NCBI RefSeq assembly: GCF_006345805.1
Contig: NC_042997.1
Location: 172,670,001 to 172,734,000, forward strand
Reading direction: 5' to 3'
Origin: Octopus sinensis
Lineage: Eukaryota
DNA: 64,000 nucleotides
A program made the position numbers and the translations under genes. The number at the start of each line of letters is the position of its first letter. Within the stretch, counting starts at the first letter, position 1. Below, in pieces: positions 49,221-61,217 of the stretch. The notes under the pieces were generated by a model. It was given only the letters and a program-made list of their open reading frames with translations, was not told the DNA's origin and did no database searches.

Positions 49221-49400
49221 TATAATAAATTAGAGACAAAACCACTATTATGCAAATCAAACAAAGAAAGACTTAAGCCAATACATAAAATAAATTTATA
49301 TAAATTAAAATTTAACAAATGAATAACCACTACGATCGTTTCGTGTCAGCACATCTTAGACATTCTTCAGGTGGTTTCTAAACCTTCTTAGTGAGTTTTA
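49221..49400 (-). mobile_element. PLE pseudo-LTR fragment
   Basis: AT-rich PLE-like terminus between (TA)n tracts, carrying an HHR. Confidence 0.6.
49325..49376 (-). ncRNA. Minimal type I hammerhead (GUA site, palindromic stem III ACGATCGT)
   Basis: AACCAC CTGAAGA a-tgtc..gaca-c GAAA CGATC GTA GTGGTT; perfect 6-bp stem I. Confidence 0.7.
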
Positions 49401-49403
49401 AAC

Positions 49404-49492
<89 letters not shown>

Positions 49493-50697
49493 CATACCAC
49501 ATATATATATTACATATATATATATGTATACTCTCCATTGCTCTTATATTGATGTACAGGCACAATTTTTCATCATCAGTAATGATTCGGTAAAGAAATT
49601 GTTGCTTGTGTCCATGAGTTGAGCGGTGCTGAGCAAGCAAACCAGCAGAGATTGTGGCTCATTGATTTTGTTGTCACTTAAAGAATGTGGAACCCATGCT
49701 CCATACTTCTGAACCTTTCCCAATGAGTGAAGATGCTTCTCTATAGCAGTGTGGGAGCATTTCATTAACTCTGCCAGTTCCCTTGCCATTTGATGAGAAT
49801 TTTCGTGCAAAGGTTGGTTTAATTTCTCTTCATCAAACTCAACTGGACAGCCTGAACAAGGTGCATCTTTGAGGTAAAAATTTCCATTTTTGAACTTGGC
49901 ATACCAATCTCGAGTGGTTCTTTCAGCTATGGCACCCTCTCTATACACAGCATAAATATTAGAACCATGATTAAAAGCAAGAAGAAGGAAGTGTTGAAAA
50001 TACTTGTTTTTCTTAACTTGACATTCCATTTTAATGATCTGAAAATAAACAAAAATTAATTAAAATTAGCTAGAAAAGAAAAACAAAATAGTATCCAAAA
50101 TGATTCCAAAATAGAATTCTTGGAAAAAATAGATTCCAAAATTTAAAAACGCAGTTAATTCCAAAACTGGAAAAAACGTCGGGAACTTAGTTGCCAACCC
50201 AATAATTTCAGAAATTGTCTGACAGCCATGACTGGGTTCTTCTGCTTGTATGGCAGGATGCAGAGTCCTCTTGCCAGACATAGGGTTTTCCAGCAGCCAC
50301 CCTCTTGATCCAAGTCAGCACTACCTCCTCCAGGCACTTGATGTAGGCCTCCATGTTGAGGGTGAGGCTGTGTAGGAAGATGAATGGAGACATAACGTTG
50401 CCATCAGTAGTGATCACTCCAAACACCATGATGTTGACCGGATGTTTGATTTTTGTCACTCTTAGTAAATGTTTTGGCAGCACAGCAAGCCAACGGTAGT
50501 TCTGTATGTTCACTATCAGTTTGTAATGGAGCTTCTGGCATGAATACCAAGCAGCGCAGCATATCATTTCCAAATTTCTGGCAGAGTGAACTGTGTCATG
50601 GTGCGGTTTTTCTCATAATGGTGCCCAACTGACCCTACTATACCGCGTAGTCAACAAAGTCAAAAACAAACAATGCGCATGCATGAAATTAAAAATA

Positions 50698-51671
50698 GTC
50701 TGCTATCATAGTCTGCTATCATTGTAAAGTGAGGGGCCACATGAAGGATGTGTGCCCGCTGGAGAAGACGAAGGCACCGGAGGCTGTAATAGAGGAGTGT
50801 AAGGATACGTGTGTGGAGGAGGGAGAAGTGCAGGAGGAAGCGAAAGCAGCAGAGGCACAAATGGAGGAGCAGCTAAATGAGGATACGGAAGAAGAACGAG
50901 CAAGTGCAGAGGAGGAAAGAACAGAAGATAGGAAGAGAACAAGGGTGGAATCACCACCGAAAGTTCTAAAAAAGAAAAAAATCAAAAGCAAGATAACAGA
51001 AGAAAAAGAAGAGAGAACATGCAAAGAAAGGAAGTAAAAGAGAAGGCGAGAGAGCAGACAAGGACAGAGTTTGACCAAGAATGGGAGAGAAAGTGAAAGA
51101 GCAGTTGGAAGCGTGTAACAGGGAAGAAGCCTGCAGGAAAAAACCTGAAAGCAGTTGTGATGTATATCAAGATACAGAAGTGGAAAAGAGACTTGTAGGT
51201 AGGAAAGGGTTGGTCAGGGTGAAGTTGACCCAAACTGTATGGTGACGATGTAAAAGGCGCAGTTATAGAAAAAGAAACATTCACAAAATTGAAAAAGATA
51301 TTTAATGCTATTTATATAACGCATTATGTACGGTATGACAATTTACCAAATATAATAGACCAAATGGACTTAATAGAATATATGACGGACGAACGTCCAA
51401 TATAAAAGAATTGGAATATATGTAATGTTAAAATGTAAAATTGTTAATTGTAAAATTGTAAAATGTAAAATTGTATTTTGAACTGGAATATATGTAATTG
51501 TAAAATGTACAATTGTATTTTAAATGGAACTGCGAGTTGGGGGTTCGTAAGCCGTTCCATCTCATTATATATAATTCATCTTTATTTCATATTTTATTTT
51601 TACTTTATGTACCCCACGTCCCGTCTTGTAATGTCCCCTCTGAATTAGGGCCATCGTGCCCATAATAAAGA
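50698..51671 (+). mobile_element. Non-LTR retroelement deletion derivative with a CCHC zinc-knuckle ORF1 remnant
   Basis: CYHCKVRGHMKDVC (CX2CX4HX4C); 8-bp TSD TAAAAATA (50690-97, 51672-79); AATAAA at the 3' end. Confidence 0.75.
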
Positions 51672-51708
51672 TAAAAATATAAAATGGTAACAATTTATCC
51701 ATCGCACC

Positions 51709-51806
<98 letters not shown>

Positions 51807-51807
51807 A

Positions 51808-51838
<31 letters not shown>

Positions 51839-51889
51839 TGTATTATGTATGTGTCTGTCTATGTGTATATATATATATGTGTATGTGTA

Positions 51890-51920
<31 letters not shown>

Positions 51921-51964
51921 GTATGTATATATATATGTATATATATATATAATATATATATATG

Positions 51965-52022
<58 letters not shown>

Positions 52023-52035
52023 ATATATATATGTA

Positions 52036-52102
<67 letters not shown>

Positions 52103-52107
<5 letters not shown>

Positions 52108-52563
52108 ACACAAAGTGTGTCAAGAGCCAGCTGGAGAAGATGTTCTCCTGGGGCTACAAGCTACAGTTGCATCCACCCTTAGTGGTTAGCCACATTTAAG
52201 TGGCAAATATACTTCAAATTGTTGTGCAGCTACTGTTTATGCCTCGTTCAGAGATTTATTATTGCTTGTTTACACTTTTTTGAGATCAGTGACTTTTCGT
52301 TACTGGAAAAAGGATATATGTATTTGCATTGGGACCCCTTTGCATCAAAGACCGGTGATTGTCATGCGCTGACGACAGGTAAATACCCAGAAACCCGGAT
52401 CCGTGCGTATCACGTCAGGTCGACGATGGGAAGGATGGCTTCCTTTGGCAAATACTGATAGGACACAGAAAGTGTGTCAATAGCCAGCTGGAGAAGATGT
52501 TCTCAAGCTACAGTAGCATTCACCCTTAGTGGTTAATCACATTTAAGTGGCAAATATACTTCA
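52103..52563 (+). mobile_element. Retrozyme-like element, 1.3 monomers (355-bp period)
   Basis: Direct repeat ggacac...tacttca at 52106 and 52461; internal HHR; follows (TA)n. Confidence 0.75.
52363..52407 (+). ncRNA. Degenerate type I hammerhead (C3-G8 core)
   Basis: CATGCG CTGACGA caggt-aaat-accca GAAA CCCGG ATC CGTGCG; stems partly broken. Confidence 0.6.
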
Positions 52564-52958
52564 CACACACACCCACACACATATATATATATTCTAGTGT
52601 AAACATGCTATCTCAAAGATAACATATTTAGCAGTGATAATAGGATTTGTATACTCTCATTATCTAGTGTACATTTCTTTTTGTGTGTGTGTGTGTCTGT
52701 ATTTATTTTCTTTTACTTGTTTTACTCATAGGATTGAACCTTGGCCATGCTGGAACACTACATTGAAGGGTTAAATTAATCAAATCAGCTCTGATACTTA
52801 TCTAAAGTCATTACTACTGTTATTCTGTCAGTTACTTCTGTCAAACTGCTGAGTATTTGGGAAGTAAACAAAAAAATACTGTTTGTCAAGTGTTGACAGA
52901 ACCACGTGCGCACACACACACACACACACACATCTATTGGATCTCCCTTGGTTTAAAT

Positions 52959-53171
52959 CAGTGGCTCTCAACCATTTTCTACACATTGATTCCTTTTTAC
53001 TTGGGTGGACCCTCAGAGCCATTTTTTGGCTAAAATGATCCTATTATATTTGTATGAGCAAAAGGCCCCCCACCGTCCAATGGACGGTGCTGAGTTGTCA
53101 AACATTTAAACCAAATTTTCTCAAAACAACTTGCCTCACCGTCCCATAGGCCTCCCCTTTGAGAAACACTG
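52959..53171. mobile_element. hAT-type MITE (copy at ~57960-58170)
   Basis: cagtggctctcaa / ttgagaaacactg termini. Confidence 0.75.
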
Positions 53172-53214
53172 ATTTAACCTAAATTTGAGACACCAGCAAA
53201 AGAAGAAATAAAGA

Positions 53215-53447
53215 TAGACTTTTTTTCTATTCCAAGAAAAACGATTTTATAAATGCACGTTCCCACGGCTATATCGATCGCGTTCTCACCTGGAATCGAT
53301 TTTTGTAATTTTTTCAAGACTTATACACACCCCGATACCGTCGGTATCTACATATCAAATTTGAGCGCAATCGGATAGGGGATGCCTGAGATCCTAGAAG
53401 ACACACACACAGACAGACAGACAGAAAGGATTTTATATAATAGATGA
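53215..53447 (+). mobile_element. Helitron/HINE-like non-autonomous fragment (copy at ~58210-58440)
   Basis: caaatttgagcgcaatcgg...(ACAG)n...ttttatataatagat resembles DINE-1/Lep1-type ends. Confidence 0.5.
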
Positions 53448-54347
53448 TTAAGTATTATAATAAATTGTATTAAAAATTTGTTAAAATATTTTGTGTATTG
53501 TAGAAGTATAAACAGTTTATTTCACATGAATTTTAACAATGATGTGTTTTGCGGACCCCCAAAGGTCATATGAACCTTGTTGGAGAACCACTGGTTTAAA
53601 CAATGAGGATTCACTCATTCTATGCATACCCATAACACTATTCTTGGGCAAAATCAGCATAATACTCAATGGACTGGCAAAGGTTGCCTTGAACTGTACT
53701 TTAAAGGGCATCATGAAAACCCCTATGGCTTTGTCAAAGCTCACATAAGTTACTGTTCTTTCTTTAAGTACCTGTATGGTGACCTCAGGTAAAAAAAATA
53801 CCATATAGGCAGCAATGTTTGTGGTTATGAACTTGGGTTTCGCCTACCTGTGTATTATGGAACCGTATTGTAAATAGTTGTGTAACACTTGCCTTCTCGC
53901 TACATCCTGAATCTGAAATGATAGGTATGTGTTTATATATACTCTCTGTCTGTCAAGGGAGTATATATCTTGTCATATCTGACATACATCGTCCAGAAGC
54001 CTCCACCTTTCTTGACATTATGTGAAAATCACTAGTTTTTTTTAAATTTTCTAAAATTTTTATTTTATATTTATTTATTTATTCTTTTATTTATTTATTT
54101 ATTTATTTATTTTGAAAACCAGAAATATTTTACTTTCCTCTTTGCTCTTTCCTGTGATGACCATACTGAACCACTCATGTATATATTAATAAATATGCAA
54201 AACTAAGAATAGATATTTACAAAAATATATGTACACAAATTCCAAGGATGAACCTTCTTTTCTACCCTATTACATAGGATAGACATTTAAATATTCCAAA
54301 ACCCTTTGCTTATGAAAAAACAAACCAAAAATTCTATTTTGCCTTAA

Positions 54348-54568
54348 CCCTTTAGTGTTCACATTATTCTGCCCAAATTAATGCTTTTTCATCCACATCG
54401 TTTTGAACTAATTATGCATTATCTTGTAGCTATGAGATTTTGATGAGGTAGCTGTTAATTTTTAAAGCAATATTGTAGGGTTGGTGTGAGAGATCGGATC
54501 TGGCCATTTTGAACATAAAACAAGCAGAATACTTTTGGCTGGATATGGCCGGTTTAAATGCTAAAGGG
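54348..54568. mobile_element. piggyBac-type MITE (copy at 59333-59552)
   Basis: TTAA-CCCTTTAG...CTAAAGGG-TTAA. Confidence 0.85.
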
Positions 54569-54739
54569 TTAAAGTAACCCTGAGGGAAATCACCTTCAAA
54601 ACAGAATATCTGTAAATGTGTGTACCCACAACAAACAACATCAACAAAATAACAAGTGCAGTATCAGCCTGAGCACTAATAATAATGGTTTCTAACCTGT
54701 GCGCAGAGCCAGAAATTTCAGTGGGGAGAATGTTAGTAA

Positions 54740-54955
54740 TGTGTTTGTGTGTTTGTGTTTGTCCCCCCAACATTGCTTAACAATCGATGCTGGTGTGTTT
54801 ACATCCCCGTAACTTAGCGGTTCGGCAAAAGAGACCGATAGAATAAGTACTAGGCTTACAAAGAATAAGTCCTGGGGTCGATTTGCTCAACTAAAGGCGG
54901 TGCTCCTGCATGGCCGCAGTCAAATGACTGAAACAAGTAAAAGTAAAAGATTATA
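54740..54955 (+). mobile_element. SINE family A 3' half (copy at ~59725-59935)
   Basis: Family homology. Confidence 0.85.
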
Positions 54956-55079
54956 TAGACACCAGTACTTGACTGGTCCACTTCCACTTATAGAGCTTCA
55001 TTAATCCTGAAAAAGGAACCCCTCCCTGAACTCCTTTTACTGCCATCTATTTCTAGCCAGTTATGAGCATGTAGGCCTC

Positions 55080-55500
55080 TGGTAACTGGTGAGATCATCT
55101 TGCTATCTTGTCTTTGGTCAGCCTCTTGATCTTGTCCATTGTCTTGGTGTCAATTCCGTCATCCTGATTGTCCATCTGTTGTCTTTCAGTCGCATGATGT
55201 GGCTGACCCATCTATATTTGTTCTCCTTGATGATTCTTATGATGTCATTGACCCTCATCTGCTGTTGTACCCAGGTGTTGGTTTTCTTGTCCTGCAATGT
55301 GATATTGAGCATGATTTGTTCCATTTTTCATTGGGTTACAATAAGGGCATTCGTGATGGTAAAGCTGAGAGCCTGCGTTTCACAGCCATAAATCATCACT
55401 GGCAGGATGTACTTGCTGAAGGTCTTTCTTTTAATTTTCATGGAAGCCTTGGGACTTCTCATAAGGTTTTCCACTCGTCTGATACTTAATTCAATTGACC
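55080..55500 (-). pseudogene. RTE-clade LINE RT C-terminal fragment
   Basis: KRKTFSKYILPVMIYGCET...MEQIMLNITLQDKKTN...RWVSHIMR..DNRWT. Confidence 0.85.
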
Positions 55501-55861
55501 CTCCAAGAGGAGAAATCAAATTTGCCTTTCATTCTTTTGGAGTTGATAAAGTAGGGAACCAGTCAAGCAGTGGGGTCAATGGTCTCAACTAACCTTCTCC
55601 CCTTGAAGTTGCAGGCTTTGTACCAGTTTTTAACCATAGGATGAAAGTTAACTTGAATCTACCTTGCTGGAATTGCACAGATTTTGAGCAGCTACATTGA
55701 ATTTTCAACAACAAATGATTCTTTGCTTGCACTTTGATCAGAACCTTTTACAGAATTATATCTACTGCATATCCATAGTCCTTGTTATTCCTTAGCAATT
55801 TACCACTCTATTGCTCACATACATGGCTCTATCCATTCATTACCTTATGTATCAGTACAGG

Positions 55862-56106
55862 TTCATGAGATTTAAGGAGCGAAAAAGTTTTCACTCCATT
55901 AAGAAGCAAGGTGAAAGTACAAACAAGCAGCAACGGAATTTGCAAATGCATTAAAGAAAATCATTGAAGAATATGGGTTTCTTCCCGAACAGATTTTTAA
56001 TGTATTGGAAAAAATTGCCAGACCATTATTTCATTTCCAAGGAGGGTAAAACTATTCCAGGCTACAAGGTCTTAAAAGAACATGTGACCATTATGTAGGG
56101 TGGTAA
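55862..56106 (+). pseudogene. Tigger/pogo transposase fragment truncated at the duplication junction
   Basis: RFKER..FHSIK.QGE...PEQIFNV..KK.P..Y.ISKE.K..PGYK. Confidence 0.7.
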
Positions 56107-56538
56107 CATTCACAAAATTGAAAAAGATATTTAATGCTATTTATATAACGCATTATGTACGGTATGACAATTTACCAAATATAATAGACCAAATGGACTT
56201 AATAGAATATATGACGGACGAACGTCCAATATAAAAGAATTGGAATATATGTAATGTTAAAATGTAAAATTGTTAATTGTAAAATTGTAAAATGTAAAAT
56301 TGTATTTTGAACTGGAATATATGTAATTGTAAAATGTACAATTGTATTTTAAACGGAACTGCGAGTTGGGGGTTCGTAAGCCGTTCCATCTCATTATATA
56401 TAATTCATCTTTATTTCATATTTTATTTTTACTTTATGTACCCCACGCCCCGTCTTGTAATGTCCCCTCTGAATTAGGGCCATCGTGCCCATAATAAAGA
56501 TAAAAAATATAAAATGGTGACAATTTATCCATCGCACC

Positions 56539-56622
<84 letters not shown>

Positions 56623-56738
56623 TGTATGTGTATGTGTATATATATATGTGTATGTGTATGTGTGTGTGTATATATAATATATATATATGTATGTATATAT
56701 ATGTAATATATATATATAATAATATATATATATATATG

Positions 56739-56788
<50 letters not shown>

Positions 56789-56810
56789 ATATATATATAT
56801 GTATATATGT

Positions 56811-57452
56811 ACCAAATCAAATCAAAACAAATCAAAATAGATGAACATCAATGGAATTTGTATCTTTGTGGTACCAGTGCCGGTGGCACGTGGCACATAA
56901 GAAAACCATCCGAACGTGGCCGTAGCCAGTACCGCATCGATTGGCCTCCGTGCTGTGGGCACGTAACAAGCACCATCCGATCGTGGCCGTTTGCCAGCCT
57001 CATCTGGCACCTGTGTCGGTGGCACATAAAAACACCCTCCGAGCGTGGCCGTCTGCCAGCCTCGTCTGGCACCTGTGTCGGTGGCACATAAAAAACACCA
57101 TCCGAGCGTGGCCGTCTGCCAGCCTCGTCTGGCACCTGTGTCGGTGGCACATAAAAAACACCATCCGAGCGTGGCCGTCTGCCAGCCTCGTCTGGCACCT
57201 GTGTCGGTGGCACATAAAAAACACCATCCGAGCGTGGCCGTTTGTCAGCCTCGTCTGGCACCTGTGTCGGTGGCACATAAAATCACCCACTACACTCTCG
57301 GAGTGGTTGGCGTTAGGAAGGGCATCCAGCTGTAGAAACACTGCCAGATCTGACTGGACTGGTGCAGCTTTCGGGCTCCCCAGACCCCAGTTGAACCGTC
57401 CAACCCATGCTAGCATGGAAAGCGGACGTTAAATGATGATGATGATGATGAT
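56811..57452 (+). mobile_element. SINE family B with an internal 63-bp VNTR (~5 units), present only in duplicate copy 2
   Basis: ctcgtctggc-type unit starts at 56999, 57061, 57124, 57187 and 57250. Confidence 0.92.
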
Positions 57453-60059
57453 ATATATATATAGGACACAGAAAGTGTGTCAATAGCCAGCTGGAGAAGA
57501 TGTTCTCAAGCTACAGTAGCATTCACCCTTAGTGGTTAATCACATTTAAGTGGCAAATATACTTCACACACACACCCACACACATATATATATTCTAGTG
57601 TAAACAACATGCTATCTCAAAGATAACATATTTAGCAGTGATAATAGGATTTGTATACTCTCATTATCTAGTGTACATTTCTTTTTGTGTGTGTGTGTGT
57701 CTGTATTTATTTTCTTTTACTTGTTTTACTCATAGGATTGAACCTTGGCCATGCTGGAACACTACATTGAAGGGTTAAATTAATCAAATCAGCTCTGATA
57801 CTTATCTAAAGTCATTACTACTGTTATTCTGTCAGTTACTTCTGTCAAACTGCTGAGTATTTGGGAAGTAAACAAAAAATACTGTTTGTCAAGTGTTGAC
57901 AGAACCACGTGCGCACACACACACACACACACATCTATTGGATCTCCCTTGGTTTAAATCAGTGGCTCTCAACCATTTTCTACACATTGATTCCTTTTTA
58001 CTTGGGTGGACCCTCAGAGCCATTTTTGGCTAAAATGATCCTATTATATTTGTATGAGCAAAAGGCCCCCCACCGTCCAATGGACGGTGCTGAGTTGTCA
58101 ACATTTAAACCAAATTTTCTCAAAACAACTTGCCTCACCGTCCCATAGGCCTCCCCTTTGAGAAACACTGATTTAACCTAAATTTGAGACACCAGCAAAA
58201 GAAGAAATAAAGATAGACTTTTTTTCTATTCCAAGAAAAACGATTTTATAAATGCACGTTCCCACGGCTATATCGATCGCGTTCTCACCTGGAATCGATT
58301 TTGTTTAATTTTTTCAAGACTTATACACACCCGATACCGTCGGTATCTACATATCAAATTTGAGCGCAATCGGATAGGGGATGCCTGAGATCCTAGAAGC
58401 CACACACACCGACAGACAGAAAGGATTTTATATAATAGATGATTAAGTATTATAATAATTGTATTAAAAATTTGTTAAAATATTTTGTGTATTGTAGAAG
58501 TATAACAGTTTATTTCACATGAATTTTAACAATGATGTGTTTTGCGGGTCCCCCAAAGGTCATATAACCTTGTTGGAGAACCACTGGTTTAAACATGAGG
58601 ATTCACTCATTCTATGCATACCCATAACACTATTCTTGGGCAAAATCAGCATAATACTCAATGGACTGGCAAAGGTTGCCTTGAACTGTACTTTAAAGGG
58701 CATCATGAAAACCCCTATGGCTTTGTCAAAGCTCACATAAGTTACTGTTCTTTCTTTAAGTACCTGTATGGTGACCTCAGGTAAAAAAATACCATATAGG
58801 CAGCAATGTTTGTGGTTATGAACTTGGGTTTCGCCTACCTGTGTATTATGGAACCGTATTGTAAATAGTTGTGTAACACTTGCCTTCTTGCTACATCCTG
58901 AATCTGAATGATAGGTATGTGTTTATATATACTCTCTGCCTGTCAAGGGAGTATATATCTTGTCATATCTGACATACATCGTCCAGAAGCCTCCACCTTC
59001 TTGACATTATGTGAAAATCACTAGTTTTTTTTAAAATTTTCTAAAATTTTTATTTTATATTTATTTATTTATTCTTTTATTTATTTATTTATTTATTTAT
59101 TTTGAAAACCAGAAATTTTACTTTCCTCTTTGCTCTTTCCTGTGATGACCATACTGAACCACTCATGTATATATAATAAATATGCAAAACTAAGAATAGA
59201 TATTTACAAAAATATATGTACACAAATTCCAAGGATGAACCTTCTTTTCTACCCTATTACATAGGATAGACATTTAAATATTCCAAAACCCTTTGCTTAT
59301 GAAAAACAAACCAAAAATTCTATTTGCCTTAACCCTTTAGTGTTCACATTATTCTGCCCAAATTAATGCTTTTTCATCCCATCGTTTTGAACTAATTATG
59401 CATTATCTTGTAGCTATGAGATTTTGATGAGGTAGCTGTTAATTTTTAAAGCAATATTGTAGGGTTGGTGTGAGAGATCGGATCTGGCCATTTTGAACAT
59501 AAAACAAGCAGAATACTTTTGGCTGGATATGGCCGGTTTAAATGCTAAAGGGTTAAAGTAACCCTGAGGGAAATCACCTTCAAAACAGAATATCTGTAAA
59601 TGTGTGTACCCCAACAAACAACATCAACAAAATAACAAGTGCAGTATCAGCCTGAGCACTAATAATAATGGTTTCTAACCTGTGCGCAGAGCCAGAAATT
59701 TCAGTGGGGAGAATGTTAGTAATGTGTTTGTGTGTTTGTGTTTGTCCCCCCAACATTGCTTAACAATCGATGCTGGTGTGTTTACATCCCCGTAACTTAG
59801 CGGTTCGGCAAAAGAGACCGATAGAATAAGTACTAGGCTTACAAAGAATAAGTCCTGGGGTCGATTTGCTCAACTAAAGGCGGTGCTCCTGCATGGCCGC
59901 AGTCAAATGACTGAAACAAGTAAAAGTAAAAGATTATATAGACACCAGTACTTGACTGGTCCACTTCCACTTATAGAGCTTCATTAATCCTGAAAAAGGA
60001 ACCCCTCCCTGAACTCCTTTTACTGCCATCTATTTCTAGCCAGTTATGAGCATGTAGGC

Positions 60060-60480
60060 CTCTGGTAACTGGTGAGATCATCTTGCTATCTTGTCTTTGG
60101 TCAGCCTCTTGATCTTGTCCATTGTCTTGGTGTCAATTCCGTCATCCTGATTGTCCATCTGTTGTCTTTCAGTCGCATGATGTGGCTGACCCATCTATAT
60201 TTGTTCTCCTTGATGATTCTTATGATGTCATTGACCCTCATCTGCTGTTGTACCCAGGTGTTGGTTTTCTTGTCCTGCAATGTGATATTGAGCATGATTT
60301 GTTCCATTTTTCATTGGGTTACAATAAGGGCATTCGTGATGGTAAAGCTGAGAGCCTGCGTTTCACAGCCATAAATCATCACTGGCAGGATGTACTTGCT
60401 GAAGGTCTTTCTTTTAATTTTCATGGAAGCCTTGGGACTTCTCATAAGTTTTTCCACTCGTCTGATACTTAATTCAATTG
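60060..60480 (-). pseudogene. RTE LINE fragment (duplicate of 55080-55500)
   Basis: Near-identical sequence. Confidence 0.85.
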
Positions 60481-60842
60481 ACCCTCCAAGAGGAGAAATC
60501 AAATTTGCCTTTCATTCTTTTGGAGTTGATAAAGTAGGGAACCAGTCAAGCAGTGGGGTCAATGGTCTCAACTAACCTTCTCCCCTTGAAGTTGCAGGCT
60601 TTGTACCAGTTTTTAACCATAGGATGAAAGTTAACTTGAATCTACCTTGCTGGAATTGCACAGATTTTGAGCAGCTACATTGAATTTTCAACAACAAATG
60701 ATTCTTTGCTTGCACTTTGATCAGAACCTTTTACAGAATTATATCTACTGCATATCCATAGTCCTTGTTATTCCTTAGCAATTTACCACTCTATTGCTCA
60801 CATACATGGCTCTATCCATTCATTACCTTATGTATCAGTACA

Positions 60843-61217
60843 GGTTCATGAGATTTAAGGAGCGAAAAAGTTTTCACTCCATTAAGAAGCAAGGTGAAAG
60901 TACAAACAAGCAGCAACGGAATTTGCAAATGCATTAAAGAAAATCATTGAAGAATATGGGTTTCTTCCCGAACAGATTTTTAATGTATTGGAAAAAATTG
61001 CCAGACCATTATTTCATTTCCAAGGAGGGTAAAACTATTCCAGGCTACAAGGTCTTAAAAGAACATGTGACCATTATGTAGGGTGGTAATTTTTGGTTTA
61101 GCCTAGAGACAAGTAAATTTGGCCTAGCCTAGAGACAAGTTAATTCAACTTAAGTCGTTTTTCGACTTAAGTCATGTCTCCGGAAACCAATTAACGACGT
61201 AAGGTGAGGTATGCCTG
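60843..61217 (+). mobile_element. Tigger/pogo fragment with 3' TIR
   Basis: Ends gtgaggtatgcctg-TA; same 3' end as 46363-46958. Confidence 0.8.

Larger units (their letters stand above)
48068..50202 (-). mobile_element. Complete-ended mariner inserted at a TA inside the maT transposase
   Basis: TIRs tt(a/g)ggttggcaactaagttcc at both ends; TA TSD (48066-67, 50203-04); WVPHSL and KTMLCIWWDWEGIIH motifs. Confidence 0.93.
47728..51711 (-). mobile_element. maT (DD37D) Tc1/mariner element hosting nested insertions
   Basis: TIRs cagggtgcgatggataaattgt (51711) and degenerate cagggtacaataaatatattgt (47728); rejoining the halves gives QEDSASCH...NSPDCNPLD with 37-residue spacing. Confidence 0.9.
51276..61089 (+). 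repeat. Tandem segmental duplication: copy 1 51276-56106, copy 2 56105-61089
   Basis: aacattcacaaaattg at 51276 and 56105; ...tatgtagggtggtaa at 56106 and 61089; near-identical interiors. Confidence 0.97.

Noticed and set aside
50729-51037. Host gene encoding an acidic protein
   Set aside because: It lies inside a TSD-flanked insertion within a maT element and follows a retroelement-type zinc knuckle.
56960-57290. CRISPR-like array
   Set aside because: The units are contiguous with no unique spacers, no cas genes are present, and the array lies inside a eukaryotic SINE.
56848-57432. Repetitive 138-163 aa ORFs on both strands
   Set aside because: They arise from the 63-bp (21-codon) VNTR within SINE B.
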